From Octopus sinensis (taxonomy: Eukaryota), in the NCBI RefSeq assembly GCF_006345805.1, contig NC_043021.1, positions 14,942,001 through 15,006,000 of the forward strand: a stretch of DNA of 64,000 bases, written 5' to 3'. Positions 31,543 to 43,846 of the stretch are shown here, piece by piece. The notes beneath the pieces were generated by a model. That model saw nothing but the letters and a program-made list of their open reading frames with translations, did not search any database and was not told the origin of the DNA. Each line of letters starts with the position of its first letter. Positions within the stretch are counted from its first letter, which is position 1. Made by a program: the position numbers and the translations under genes.

Positions 31543-31968
31543 TCTGTGTGTGCGTGATGCGTGTGTGTGTGTGTGTGTCTGTCTGTATACTGGGTTATTG
31601 GTGCCTTCCTGCTTAATTTTTAATTACTTTCTGTAGCAATGGAGTGTGTGTCTTTGTGTGTACAGAAATAAACAAATATAGAAATATATGTGTGTGCATA
31701 TATGTGTGTATACACACTCATGTATATATGTATGTGTATATAAACACACACACACAGATATATATATATATATAGCTTTCCAGTTTGACCAATAGCTTTC
31801 CTGTTTGGCCAATAGCTTTCCTGTCTGGGCCAAAACATATATTTGTTTTCTTGTGATTTGCCTTGGGCCGACCGAATCCTTGTGCGTGGATTTGGTAGAT
31901 GGAAACTGAAAGAAGCTTGATGTACATATATATACATATATATATATATATTATATATATATATATAC

Positions 31969-32054
31969 GCGAGAAAGAAGCAACAAGAATGGATAGGTTT
32001 TTAGTACAATCGTTTCATACAAAAACCTATCCATTCTTGTTGCTTCTTTCTCGC
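31969..32054. repeat. Perfect 34-bp inverted repeat with an 18-nt spacer
   Basis: GCGAGAAAGAAGCAACAAGAATGGATAGGTTTTT and its exact complement at 32021-32054. Confidence 0.92.
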
Positions 32055-33042
32055 TTATAATCACCCCACATTACTGTATTGTTAAAACAGTATAGTTTTT
32101 TTTTTGGTGCATCTAAGTTAGGTACCATATTCAAGTAAATTCATTTAAATTAACTTGAATCTTTATTGCTTTTTATATATATGTATGTGTGTATATATTT
32201 ATGTGTGTGTCTGTGCTGTCCCCACCCCCACTACCACCACCATCGTTTGACAACCGCTGCTGGTGTGTTTATGTTCCGGTAACTTAGTAGTTCAGTATAA
32301 GTGACTGATAGAATAAGTACCAGACTTATAAGGAATAAGTCCTAGGGTCGATTTCTTCAACTAAAACGAAAGGTGGTGCTCCAGCATGCCTGCAGCCAAA
32401 TGACTGAAACAAGTAAAAGAATAAAAGAATATTGCCTGGCTCATAAGGGCTGGTTTCCTTGGCGCATAGGTTCCCCACCTGGACGGGACGCCAGTCCATC
32501 GCAGGTGAGTTGCAAGATGCAGGAGGAAAGAGTGAGAGAAAGTTGTGGCGAAAGAGTCAGCAGAAAGTTCGCCATTACCTTCTGCTGGAGCCGCGTGGAG
32601 CTTAGGTGTTTTGCTCATAAACACACACATCGCTCGGTCTGAGATTCAAACCTGCAATCACTCGACCGCAAGTCCACTGCTCTAACCACTAGGCCATGTG
32701 CCTCCACAGAATATTTTAACTTACGAGATCCTTACTCAATATTATGATGCACAGCATTTTGTCTATCCTTATGTTCTGAGTTCAAATTCCGCTGAGGTCA
32801 ACTTCGACTTTCATCCTTTCAAGGTCGATAAAATAAGAACCAGTTATGCACTGGGGTCGACGTAATTGACTGTCTCCTTCCCCCAGAATTTCAGGCCTTG
32901 TATCTAGAGTAGACAGGCATATTATGATCCACATGTTTGGCTATTCTCGAAACAGCTGTTAGAGACTATCTATTTATATTTTCTATCTAAATTAAATGTT
33001 TCTTGAGAAATGCCAAATGTTTTGTATTTTCATTTTTCTTTT

Positions 33043-35660
33043 CAAGATTTTCTGGGCAGGGAACAATATGTTGCATGCAAGAAATAAGGTGGAGAGGAGG
33101 ATCAGCTAGGTTCCTCACAGGCAAGGAACGCAGGTACAAGATTTTCTGGGCAGGGAACACTGACGGGGTTGGTGGCGTGGGTATACTTATCGCTGAGAAA
33201 TGGGTAGATAAAGTAATTGAGGTAATCAGAGTATGTGACAGAATACTTAAGATTAGATTAGTGCTTCATCATAGTTTAGCAACCATTATATCAGCCTATG
33301 CTCCTCAGTCGGGGCTACCCGATGGACAGAAAGACCGATTCTATGACACTCTACTGCAGACTACCTCGTTGAGGAACGACAGAGACCTTATCTTTGTGGC
33401 TGGTGACTTCAATGGTCACGTTGGACGACATGCTGGGGGCTTCCATGACGTACATGGAGGCTATGGCTATGGCTCCCGCAACGAGGAGGGAACCAGGCTG
33501 CTGGAGTTCTGCGATGCAAATAATCTTATGATTTGCAACACTAACTTCAGGAAACCTACCAGCCACCTAGTCACTTACCAATCGGGCCAACATACCAGCC
33601 AAATTGACTACATCCTTACAAGGCAAAGGGAGAGATGGCTGCTTATAAATGCCAAAACCTTCCCAGGTGAAGAATGTACCCCACAACATAGACTGGTAGT
33701 TAGTGACTTTAGGATCAGGACTAGGAGGACAACCAGAAGACGACAAATATGGAGAAGAAGGATCTGGAAGCTTAAAGATCCTGCAAATGGACAGAGATTT
33801 AGGGACATATTACTTGAAGCCTCTGACGAAGTAGAAGGGGATAGAGCATCACAGGGGGTAGAAGACAGCTGGACGTTTCTAAGGACAACCTGCTGAGAGC
33901 CACTGACCAGATCTGTGGCTGGTGCAAAGTCCCCTCTCGACCTAGAATAACGTGGTGGTGGAACAATATTGTAGACAGGGCTATTAGAGAAAAGAGACAG
34001 GCTTGGAAGGTCTGGAAAAATGGGGGTAGCAGGGGATTGTATCAGACTGCCAAAAGAGAAGCTAGGAGACAGGTTTATTTAGCCAGAGGGAAGCAGATAA
34101 GAAAAATTTGCCAATGTTCTGCGCCGTGAGGACCAAAGACTGGAGGTGTTTCGTGTTGCAAGACAGTGTGTGAGAGAGAATCGTGATGTGGTAGGAGAGA
34201 AGTGTGTTCGCATGGAAGATGGTTCACTTGCGCTAAATGAGGATGCAAAGAGAGAGGTTTGGAGATGCCACTATGAAGGTTGCTGAATGAAGAAAATGAA
34301 TGGGATAAAGAGAGTCTGCCGAATGTTGACCCAACAGAGGGACCAGCTATCCGAGTTGATAGTTCCGTGGTAGCTAAGGCAATTAGAAGCATGAAGACAG
34401 GGAAAGCCCCAGGCCCATCAGGAATCACTGCAGAGATGCTCAAAATGTCTGGTAGTGTCGGCTATAGCCTAGTCACCCGTATAGTTAATCAGGTGATACA
34501 CAAAGGGGTCATACCCAATGACTGGTGTAGCAGTATAATAGTCAACTGCTACAAAGGTAAAGGTGATGCCCTAGATACAAATAACTACAGAGGTATCAAG
34601 CTGTTGGACCAGGTGATGAAGGTTACGGAGAGGGTCATAGCCCAACTAATTAGAGAGAGAGTTAGTTTAGATGAGATGCAGTTTAGGTTTGTGCCAGGAA
34701 AAGTACTACTGATGCTATATTCCTGGTAAGGCAGCTGCAGGAGAAATACCTAGCCAAAGATAAGCCCCTGTACCTGGCTTTTGTTGACATAGAGAAAGCC
34801 TTCGACAGGGTCCCCCGATCCCTTATCTGGTGGGCAATGAGGAACTAGGGATAGATGAATGGTTAGTGAGAGCTGTGGCGGGCCATGTACAGGGACGCCG
34901 CTAGTAGGGTGAGGGTTGGAAATGTGTACAGTGAAGATTCCAGGTAGAGGTAGGAGTCCACCAAGGCTCAGTACTCAGCCCCCTCCTATTTATCATAGTC
35001 CTCCAGGCAATACGGAGGAATTCAAGACAGGATGCCCTTGGGAGCTCCTCTATGCTGATGACCTTGCTCTAATTGCTGAGTCGCTATCAGAACTGGAGGA
35101 GAAGTTTCAGTGTGGGAAACAAGGATTAGAATCGAAGGGCCTCAGAGTCAATCTAGCTAAAACCAAGTCGTAATCAGTAGGAAGGTAGACAAATCACAAA
35201 CACCTTCAGGTAGATGGCCCTGCTCGATCTGTAGAAAAGGTGTAGTAGAAACTCTATAAGATGCACCAAGTGTAAGCTATGGACACATAAGAGATGCAGC
35301 AATGTCAAAGGAAGGCTAACTAGGAAGATGGTTTTTGTATGTGGCAGATGCTCAGGAACAATAAACACTGAAAATGCTCTGAGACCAACTTCCGTCACTT
35401 TCCAGGGAGAAAAACTAGAAATAGTTGATAGTTTCCGTTACCTAGGTGACCAAGTCAGCAGCGGGGGCGGGTGTGCTGAAGTGTAACTGCTAGAGTAAGA
35501 ATAGCTTGGGCAAAGTTCAGAGAGCTCTTACCTCTACTGGTGACAAAAGGCCTCTCGCACAGAGTGAAAGGCAGACTGTATGATGCGTGTGTACGAACAG
35601 CCATGCTACATGGCAGTGAAACATGGGCCGTGACTGCTGAGGATATGCGTAAGCTCGCAG
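33043..35660 (+). mobile_element. RTE-clade non-LTR retrotransposon (APE endonuclease, RT and PHD finger), truncated at both ends and frameshifted
   Basis: APE motifs CCMQEIRW, GGVGILI, IISAYAPQ, VAGDFNGHVG and QIDYIL. RT motifs KAPGPSGI, NYRGIKLL, FVDIEKAFDRVP, GVHQGSVLSP, LLYADDL and FRYLG, then LHGSETW. Confidence 0.93.
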
Positions 35661-35999
35661 TGGTCCTTCGTTTTGTTTTTTTTTTAAGCCCTGTAAAAGA
35701 ACTCAGAAGGTTGGGTCTCCAACCAGGTCCTTCATGGTTTCCTTAAAACCAAGAACTTTTTGGCACCACCTCGTATATAACTTCATCATCATCATCATCA
35801 TCATTTAGCATCCGTTTTCCATGCTAGCATGGGTTGGACGGTTCTACTGGGGTCTGTGAAGCCAGAAGGCTTCATCAGGCCCAGTCAAATCTGGCAGTGT
35901 TTCTACGGCATAATTCAAGCATAGTCATTTCCTCTGTGAGTAACTCATCTACTTGCTTCATGCCTTTTGAAGACATGTGAAATAAGACATCCTTTATTT

Positions 36000-37620
36000 A
36001 GCATTAGAATGGGCACCTGGTTATAATAGTTAGCATTAGGATGGGCATCTAGCTATAAGGGTTAACATTAGGATGGGCATCTAGCTATAAGGGTTAGCAT
36101 TAGGATGGGCATCCAGCTATAAGGGTTAACATTAGGACGGGCATCTAGCTATAAGGGTTAGCATTAGGATGGGCATCTAGCTATAAGGGTTAGCATTAGG
36201 ATAGGCATCTGGCTATAAGGGTTAACATTAGGATGGGTATCTAGCTATAAGGGTTAGCATTAGGATGGGCATCTAGCTATAAGGGTTACCATTAGGATGG
36301 GCATCTGGCTATAAGGGTTAACATTAGGATGGGCATCTAGCTATAAGGGTTAGCATTAGGATGGGCATCTAGCTATAAGGGTTAACATTAGGATGGGCAT
36401 CTAGCTATAAGGGTTAGCATTAGGATGGGCATCCAGCTATAAGGGTTAACATTAGGACGGGCATCTAGCTATAAGGGTTAGCATTAGAATGGGCATCTAG
36501 CTATAAGGGTTAGCATTAGGATGGGCATCTGTTTATAAGGGTTAACATTAGGATGGGCATCTAGCTATAAGGGTTAGCATTAGGATGGGCATCTAGCTAT
36601 AAGGGTTAACATTAGGATGGGCATCTAGCTATAAGGGTTAGCATTAGGATGGGCATCTAGCTATAAGGGTTAACATTAGGATGGGCATCTGGCTATAAGG
36701 GCTAGCATTAGGATGGACATCTAGCTATAAGAGTTACCATTAGGATGGGCATCTAGCTATGAGGGTTACCATTAGGATGGGCATCTAGCTATGAGGGTTG
36801 GCATTAGGATGGGCATCTAGCTATAAGGGTTAGCATTAGGATGAGCATCTAGCTATAAGGGTTAGCATTAGGACTATCATCTGGCTAGCATGGGCATCTA
36901 GCTATAAGGGTTAACATTAGGATGGGCATCTAGCTATAAGGGTTAACATTAGGATGGGCATCTAGCTATAAGGGTTACCATTAGGATGGGCATCTAGCTA
37001 TGAGGGTTAGCATTAGGATGGGCATCTAGCTATAAGGGTTAACATTAGGATGGGCATCTAGCTATAAGGGTTAGCATTAGGATGAGCATCTAGCTATAAG
37101 GGTTAGCATTAGGACTATCATCTGGCTAGCATGGGCATCTAGCTATAAGGGTTAACATTAGGATGGGCATCTGGCTATAAGGGTTAACATTAGGATGGGC
37201 ATCTAACTATAAGGGTTAGCATTAGGATGGGCATCTAGCTATAAGGGTTAACATTAGGATGGGCATCTAGCTATAAGGGGTAACATTACGATGGGCATCT
37301 GGCTATAAGGGTTAACATTAGGACTATCATCTGGCTACAAGGGTTAGCATTAGCATGGGCATCTAGCTATAAGGGTTAACATTAGGATGGGCATCTGGCT
37401 ATAAGGGTTAACATTAGGATGGGCATCTAGCTATAAGGGGTAACATTAGGATGGGCATCTAGCTATAAAGGTTAATATTAGGATGGGCATCTAGCTATAA
37501 GGGTTAGCATTAGGATGGGCATCAGGTTATAAGGTTTAACATTAGGACTGTCATCTGGCTACAAGGGTTAGCATTAGCATGGGCATCTGACTATAAGGAT
37601 TAGCTTTAGGATGAGCATCT
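36000..37620. repeat. 32-bp minisatellite (CATTAGGATGGGCATCTAGCTATAAGGGTTA[A/G]), about 50 copies
   Basis: Direct 32-nt periodicity. A variant block recurs at a 241-bp offset (36841 and 37082). Confidence 0.95.
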
Positions 37621-37659
37621 GTCTATAAAACAATGCCTCAAAATAATATTCATGAAACC

Positions 37660-37885
37660 CAGAGGTTCTCAACCGTTTTTTTGCCAATGGACCCCTTTGA
37701 TTCCTATTTTCCTGAGGTGGACCCTCCTAGCCATTCACAATTTAAAAAATCTTATATTTTTATAATCAAACATTATTAGGATTTGTATTTTAAGAAATTG
37801 TTAAAATATTTTGTGTATTGTATCAGTATAAAAAGTTTTTTGGACACAGATTTTAACAAAAAAATCTTACATGAACCCCGAAGGG
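37660..37885. mobile_element. Truncated hAT-like MITE (related degenerate copy at about 46784-47015)
   Basis: Starts CAGAGGTTCTCAACC and continues with ATGGACCCCTTTGATTCC, which is shared with the 46784 copy. No intact right TIR. Confidence 0.5.
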
Positions 37886-38109
37886 TCATAAACCCATACT
37901 AGCATGGGTGGGGGAAAATGCAAAGCAAATGAACAAACAGATGAGAGGTAGGTTTATAAAATTTCAGATATTGTGTATCATCTCAGAATGACAAAATGAC
38001 AAGGTTTTTTTCTCTACTTTCCTCAATGTCAGATAAAGGATGCTTCAACGACCGAAAGTCTCTCACAGAAAGACAAAGTCACTTCAACTGCCCTTTATTT
38101 ACAAGCGCA

Positions 38110-38520
38110 GGAGTGGCTGTGTGGTAAGTAGCTTGTTTACCAACCACATGGTTCCGGGTTCAGCCCCACTGCGTGGCACCTTGGGCAAGTGTCTTCTGCT
38201 ATAGCCCCGGGCCGACCAATGCCTTGTGAGTGGATTTGGTAGACGAAAACTGAAAGAAGCCTGTCGTATATATGTATATATATGTATGTGTGTGTGTATA
38301 TGTTTGTGTGTCTGTGTTTGTCCCCCTAGCATTGCTTGACAACCGATGCGGGTGTGTTTATGTCCCTGTCACTTAGCGGTTCGGCAAAAGAGACCGATAG
38401 AATAAGTACTGGGCTTACAAAAGAATAAGTCCCGGGGTCGAGTTGCTCGACTAAAGGCGGTGCTCCAGCATGGCCGCAGTCAAATGACTGAAACAAGTAA
38501 AAGAGTAAAGAGTAAGAGTA
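38110..38520 (+). mobile_element. SINE family A, full length
   Basis: Same head, body and tail as 4777-5160. Confidence 0.85.
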
Positions 38521-39446
38521 AGCCACCAATGGAGCCTCTATGTGGTCGCTTGGCCTGCTAGAAATAGCAGCTAACTCCCTTAATCTCTCTTAACCTTTTT
38601 GTTACTATATTTCTGTTGAGATGCTCTGTGTTTCTTTCAATTAATTTTAAATTTAACAAAGGATTTAGTAAAATAACTTAGTAATAATTAAGCTAGTGTT
38701 AGGAACATAAATTGTGACTAAGGTTTGGTGGAAGATTTGAATTCAGAACTTATGAAAACAAGACATTTGTAATACAGATCCAGAGGCGGTTTCAAACGAG
38801 TTTGTATCGAAGGGCTTCCCACTACCATCTCCATTGTCAGAACATAGATAATGTAATCATCTCTTTTACTTGTTTTGCTCATGGCCATGCTGGGGCACAG
38901 CTTTGAAGTATGTAGTAGACCCTAGTACATTTTTTTTTAAAGTCTGATACTTATTGCATCAGTTTCTTTTTGCCAAACTGCTAAGTTACAGGGACATAAA
39001 CAAACCAAGACCAGGTGTCAAGTGGTAGTGGGACACACAGACACACACACACACACGACAGTTTCCATCGACTAAATATACTCACAAAGCTTTGGTCAGT
39101 CTGGGGCTATAAGTAGAAGCCACTTGCCCAAGGTTCCACAGAGTGGGACTGAACCCAGAACCATGGGATTGGGAAGCCAAACTTCTTACCGTACTTCCAC
39201 ACCTGTGCCTATAGTACTGAATGATATTAAAAAGGCAGGACTGTTATGGTTGGAAAGCTTTAGACAATAAAGGAAAAACCTGGGGCTAAACCACTGCGTA
39301 TATTTTGTTTACATAATTTCTGGGATCAAATTTCACCAGGGGAATTTGATCTGCGGGAAAGACGGAAGGAGAGGAAATAAAACAAGGGGGTTTTCTTTAT
39401 GAGTTTACTTAAGTATGTCATTCTGTTAACTTGTTGCTTTGTATGA

Positions 39447-39477
<31 letters not shown>

Positions 39478-39494
39478 GAGAAAGAGAATGGAGA

Positions 39495-39710
39495 GTGAGG
39501 AGGAGAGAGATGCTGCGGAGGAGAGAGATGGTGAGGAGGAGAGAGATGGTGAGGAGGAGAGAGATGGTGAGAGAGGAGAGAGATGGTGAGGAGGAGAGAG
39601 ATGGTGAGGAGGAGAGAGATGGTGAGGAGGAGAGAGATGGTGAGGAGGAGAGAGATGGTGAGAGAGGAGAGAGATGGTGAGGAGGAGAGAGATGGTGAGA
39701 GAGGAGAGCG
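39495..39710. repeat. 18-bp purine-rich minisatellite (ATGGTGAGGAGGAGAGAG)
   Basis: Direct periodicity, about 11 copies. Confidence 0.9.
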
Positions 39711-40059
39711 GAAGAGAAGGAGAGTGAGGTGATCTTTTAACCTGGTGGTTCACAACCAGTGTAATGCGACACACAAAAGTTTGCATAATACCATTAAATA
39801 ATGGTTTGAAATTTCAGCGCAGGGCCAGTAGTTTTTAAGGGGAGGGGCAGAAGTTAATGACATCAACTCCTGTATTTTGACTGGACCTTTGCGTTAACGA
39901 TTCTGCCAGCTTACCACCTTACCGATATCATTAATAATAGTTTCTAATTTCAGCAATGAACAACAACAATGACAACGCCAACACCTGCAAAGAACCGGAA
40001 AATAATGCTGCTAAGCATTTTGTCCAGTGTAGTAATGGTCTTGCCTGTTCACTGCCTTA

Positions 40060-42050
40060 GTGATTGTTTCAAATTTCAGCACAAGGCCAGCAGTTTCTGG
40101 GGGTAAGTTGGCTAAGTCAGTTACACTGACCCCCCCTTGGCCAAGTAAGTTACATCAACCCTCGTGCTTAACTGGTACTCTTTTTATTGACCCCGAAAGG
40201 ATGAAAGGCAAAGTTGACCTCAGCAGAATTTGAACTCAGAACGGAAAGACAAATGAAATACCTATTTCTTTACTACACACAAGGGGCTAAACACAGAGAG
40301 GACAAACAAGGACAAACGGATTAAGTCGATTACATCAACCCCAGTGTGTAACTGGTACTTAATTTATTGACCCTGAAAGGATGGAAAGGCAAAGTTGACC
40401 TCAGCGGAATTTGGACTCAGAACATAACAGCAGACGAAATACCTATTTCTTTACTACCCACAAGAAGCTAAACACAGAGGAGACAAACAAGGACAGACAA
40501 ACGAATTAAGTTGATTACATCAACCCCAGTGCGTAACTGGTACTTAATTTATCGACCCCAAAAGGATGAAAGGCAAAGTCGACCTTGGCAGAATTTGAAC
40601 TCAGAATGTAACGGCAGACAAAATACGGCTATGCATTTCGCCCGGCATGCTAACGTTTCTGCCAGCACGCTGCCTTAAATCTATACTTTTAGTAACCACA
40701 TTGATAACAACTTCAATTGCATCAACCCCAGAATTCAACTGGTACTTATTTTATCGACCCCGAAAGGATGAAAGACAAAGCTGACCCTAATGGAATTTGA
40801 ACTCAGAACGTAAAGATGGACAAAATACTGCTAAGCATTTGGCCTGTCATGCTAATGATTCTAATTTCAATACAGGGCAAGCAGTTTTCGAGAGGAGGGT
40901 GAGGTTGATTACATTGACCCCAGTACTTGAGTACTTATTCTATTGATCCCGAAAGGTTCAAAGGCTAAGTCAACCCCAGTGGCATTTGAACTTAGAATGG
41001 AAAGCGCTGGAAGGAAATGCTACTTAACCTTTTAATCTGGTGCAGTAATAGTTCAGCTGGCTCACCACCATAATGATTTCAAATTTTGGCACAAGGCCAG
41101 CAATTTGTGGGGAGGGAGTAAGTTGCTTACACTGACCCCAGTGCTCAATTTTTATCCACCCTGAATGGATGAAAGGCAAAGTCAACCTCGGCGGAATTTG
41201 AACTCTTGAACTCAGAATGTAAAGATGGGCGAAATGCCGCTAAGCATTTTGCCTGGCGTGCTAATGGTTCTTCCAGCTCACTGCCTTAAATCTATAGTTT
41301 TAACAATAACATTAATAATGGCTTCAAATTTTGGCACGTGGCCAGCACTTGGTGGGGAGGGGGCTAAGCCAGTTACATTGACCCTTGCACTTAACAGGTA
41401 CTCTTAATCGACCTCTGTGTGAAAATGTGGAAAATACACGAGGACATAAAAAAAAACACAATATTGAATGCGAGGTTTTGCTGGATAAACATGGAATTAG
41501 CATGAATAAAGGACTCCAAAAGAGTCAGTGATGCTGCTTGTAGTGGGGCAGGCAGCTCATTTCCATTTTTCATTTCATATTATCATTTTATAATTTTATT
41601 TGTAATTTTATTTTGAAGTTTTGTGTTATATGTCCCCACACGTCTTTATGTCTTTGTGTTGTCCCATCCATATTAGCCCCTTGTGGGCAATAAAAAATCA
41701 ACTCTTTTAATCGACCTCTGAAAGGATGAAAGGCAAAGTCAACCTTGATAGAATTTGAACTCAGAACATAAAGACAGACAAAATGCCGCTAAGCATTTTG
41801 CCTGGCATGCTAACGATTCTTATTTCTTTATTGCCCCCAAGGGGCTAAACATAGAGGGGACAAACAAGGACAGACAAACGGATTAAGTCGATTGCATCGA
41901 CCCCAGTGCGTAACTGGTACTTAATTTATCGACCCCAAAAGGATGAAAGGCAAAGTCGACCTCGGCGGAATTTGAATTCAGAACGCAGCGGCGGATGAAA
42001 TACCACTAAGCATTTCGCCCGGCTTGCTAACGTTTCTGCCAGCTCGCCGC
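40060..42050 (-). mobile_element. Cluster of about 9 co-oriented SINE B copies and multimers
   Basis: Repeated GAAAGGATGAAAGGCAAAGTCGACC..GAATTTGAACTCAGAA units. An oppositely oriented copy follows at about 42085-42275. Confidence 0.8.
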
Positions 42051-43317
42051 CTTGCTCAATGCCTTCATGATAATTTAGAATTCTTAAGGCAGTGAGCTGG
42101 CAGAATTGGTAGCATGCCGAGTGAAATGCTTAGCAGTATTTTGTCTGTCAAGGTCGACTTTGCCTTTCATCCTTTCAGGGTCGATAAATTAACTACCAGT
42201 GTAGTGTACTAGGGTCTATCTAATCGACTGCCCCAACTCACCCAAAATTTCGGGCCTTGTGCCTAGAGTAGAAAAGGATAATTTAGAATTCTTACTCTTT
42301 TATTCTTTTACTTGTTTTGCTCATTTGACTGCAGCCATGCTGGAGCACTGCCTTTAGTCAAACAAATCGACCCCAGGACTTATTCTTTGTAAGCCTAGTA
42401 CTTATTTTATCGCTCTCTTTTGCCAAACTACTAAGTTACAGGAACGTAAACACATCAGCATCGTTTGTCAAGCGATGTTGGGGGGGACAAACACAGACAC
42501 ACAAACACACATATATACACACGACAGGCTTCTTTCAGTTTCCATCTACTAAATCTACTCACAAGGTTTTGGTTGGCATGAGGCTATAGTAGAAGACATT
42601 TGCCCAAGATGCCATGCAGTGGGACTGAACGCGGAACCATGGGGTTGGTAAGCAAGCTACTTATCACACAGTCACTCCTGCACCTATATACATATATATA
42701 TATATATGACAGGCTTCTTTCAGTTTCCATCTACCAAATCCACTGACAAGGCTTTGGTCAGCCTGAGGCTATAGTAGAAGACACTCGCTCAAGGTGTGAC
42801 AGAGTGGGACTGAACCCTGTACCATGTGAATGAGAAGCAAGCTTCTTACCCACAGCCATGCCTACATTTTTTTTAAAGGTTAATCTTTAATTTTTCAATC
42901 AAGTGTGCCACAATATTTCGTGTACCATTGGTAAAAAAAAAAATGAGAACTACTGCTTTAACCTGTTAGGCTGTTAGAAATAACAGCCAAATTTCCCTCA
43001 AACCACCACCACCCTAACCACACCATCTTCGAAAAGAAAGGATATACTTGATGGCATACCTACACACCCTGCCCCCACTCACCCACCTTTGTTTCCACAT
43101 AATGGCTATTTTTTAACAAATTTTTTAGGTTCTTTTCAGGTGGTGTAATTTACGATTACATCAGAATTAGTTTGGAAAAACATTTTTCAAAAAAGAACAG
43201 AGGAGTTTTGAATAATTCACAAAAGTCAACTTTGTTTCCTCATAACTTTCAGAAAAACAGGTTTTTTTATAATGATATTTTCTACAAAGACTTATCAGAT
43301 GGGGTAGATTATGATTA

Positions 43318-43846
43318 CAGTAATCCCTTGCCACATCGCGGTTCACCTATCATGGTTTATTATTTAAACTAACGCCAATTCCTCTGTGGTACTGTTTTGC
43401 ATTTATAATAAAATTAAAGTTTTTTTTTTATTTACGCGCCCATTTCAAGCCTAGCCAGGCTCATGGGCCCGGTTTCTATGGCGTATGTATTCCCCCCAGC
43501 TGGACAGGACGCCAGTCCATTGCAGCGTTACTCAAGAAACAGGAAGAAAAAGTGAGAGAAAGTTGGGGCGAAAGAGTACAACAGGAGTTGCCACCACCCC
43601 CTGCTGGAGCCTTGTAGAGTTTTAGGTGTTTTCGCTCAATAAACACACACAACACCCGGTCTGGGAATCGAAACCATGAGTCCGCTGCCCTAACCACCGG
43701 GCCACTGCGCCTCCACAAAATAAATATGTACAGATGATAAAAATAATGAAAAAATATACAATACAGTACTATATCTACTTCATGAATTTTCACTTATCGC
43801 AGGGGGCTTTGGAACGTAACACCCAATGATAGTTGAGGGGTTACTG
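43318..43846. mobile_element. Tc1/mariner (Tigger/pogo-like) MITE with a nested SINE
   Basis: TA|CAGTAATCCCT...AGGGGTTACTG|TA. A minus-strand tRNA-SINE occupies about 43430-43718 inside it. Confidence 0.75.

Noticed and set aside
36000-37620. Telomere-like GGGTTA in each 32-bp unit
   Set aside because: There is only a single hexamer per unit, and the unit is better explained by SINE derivation.
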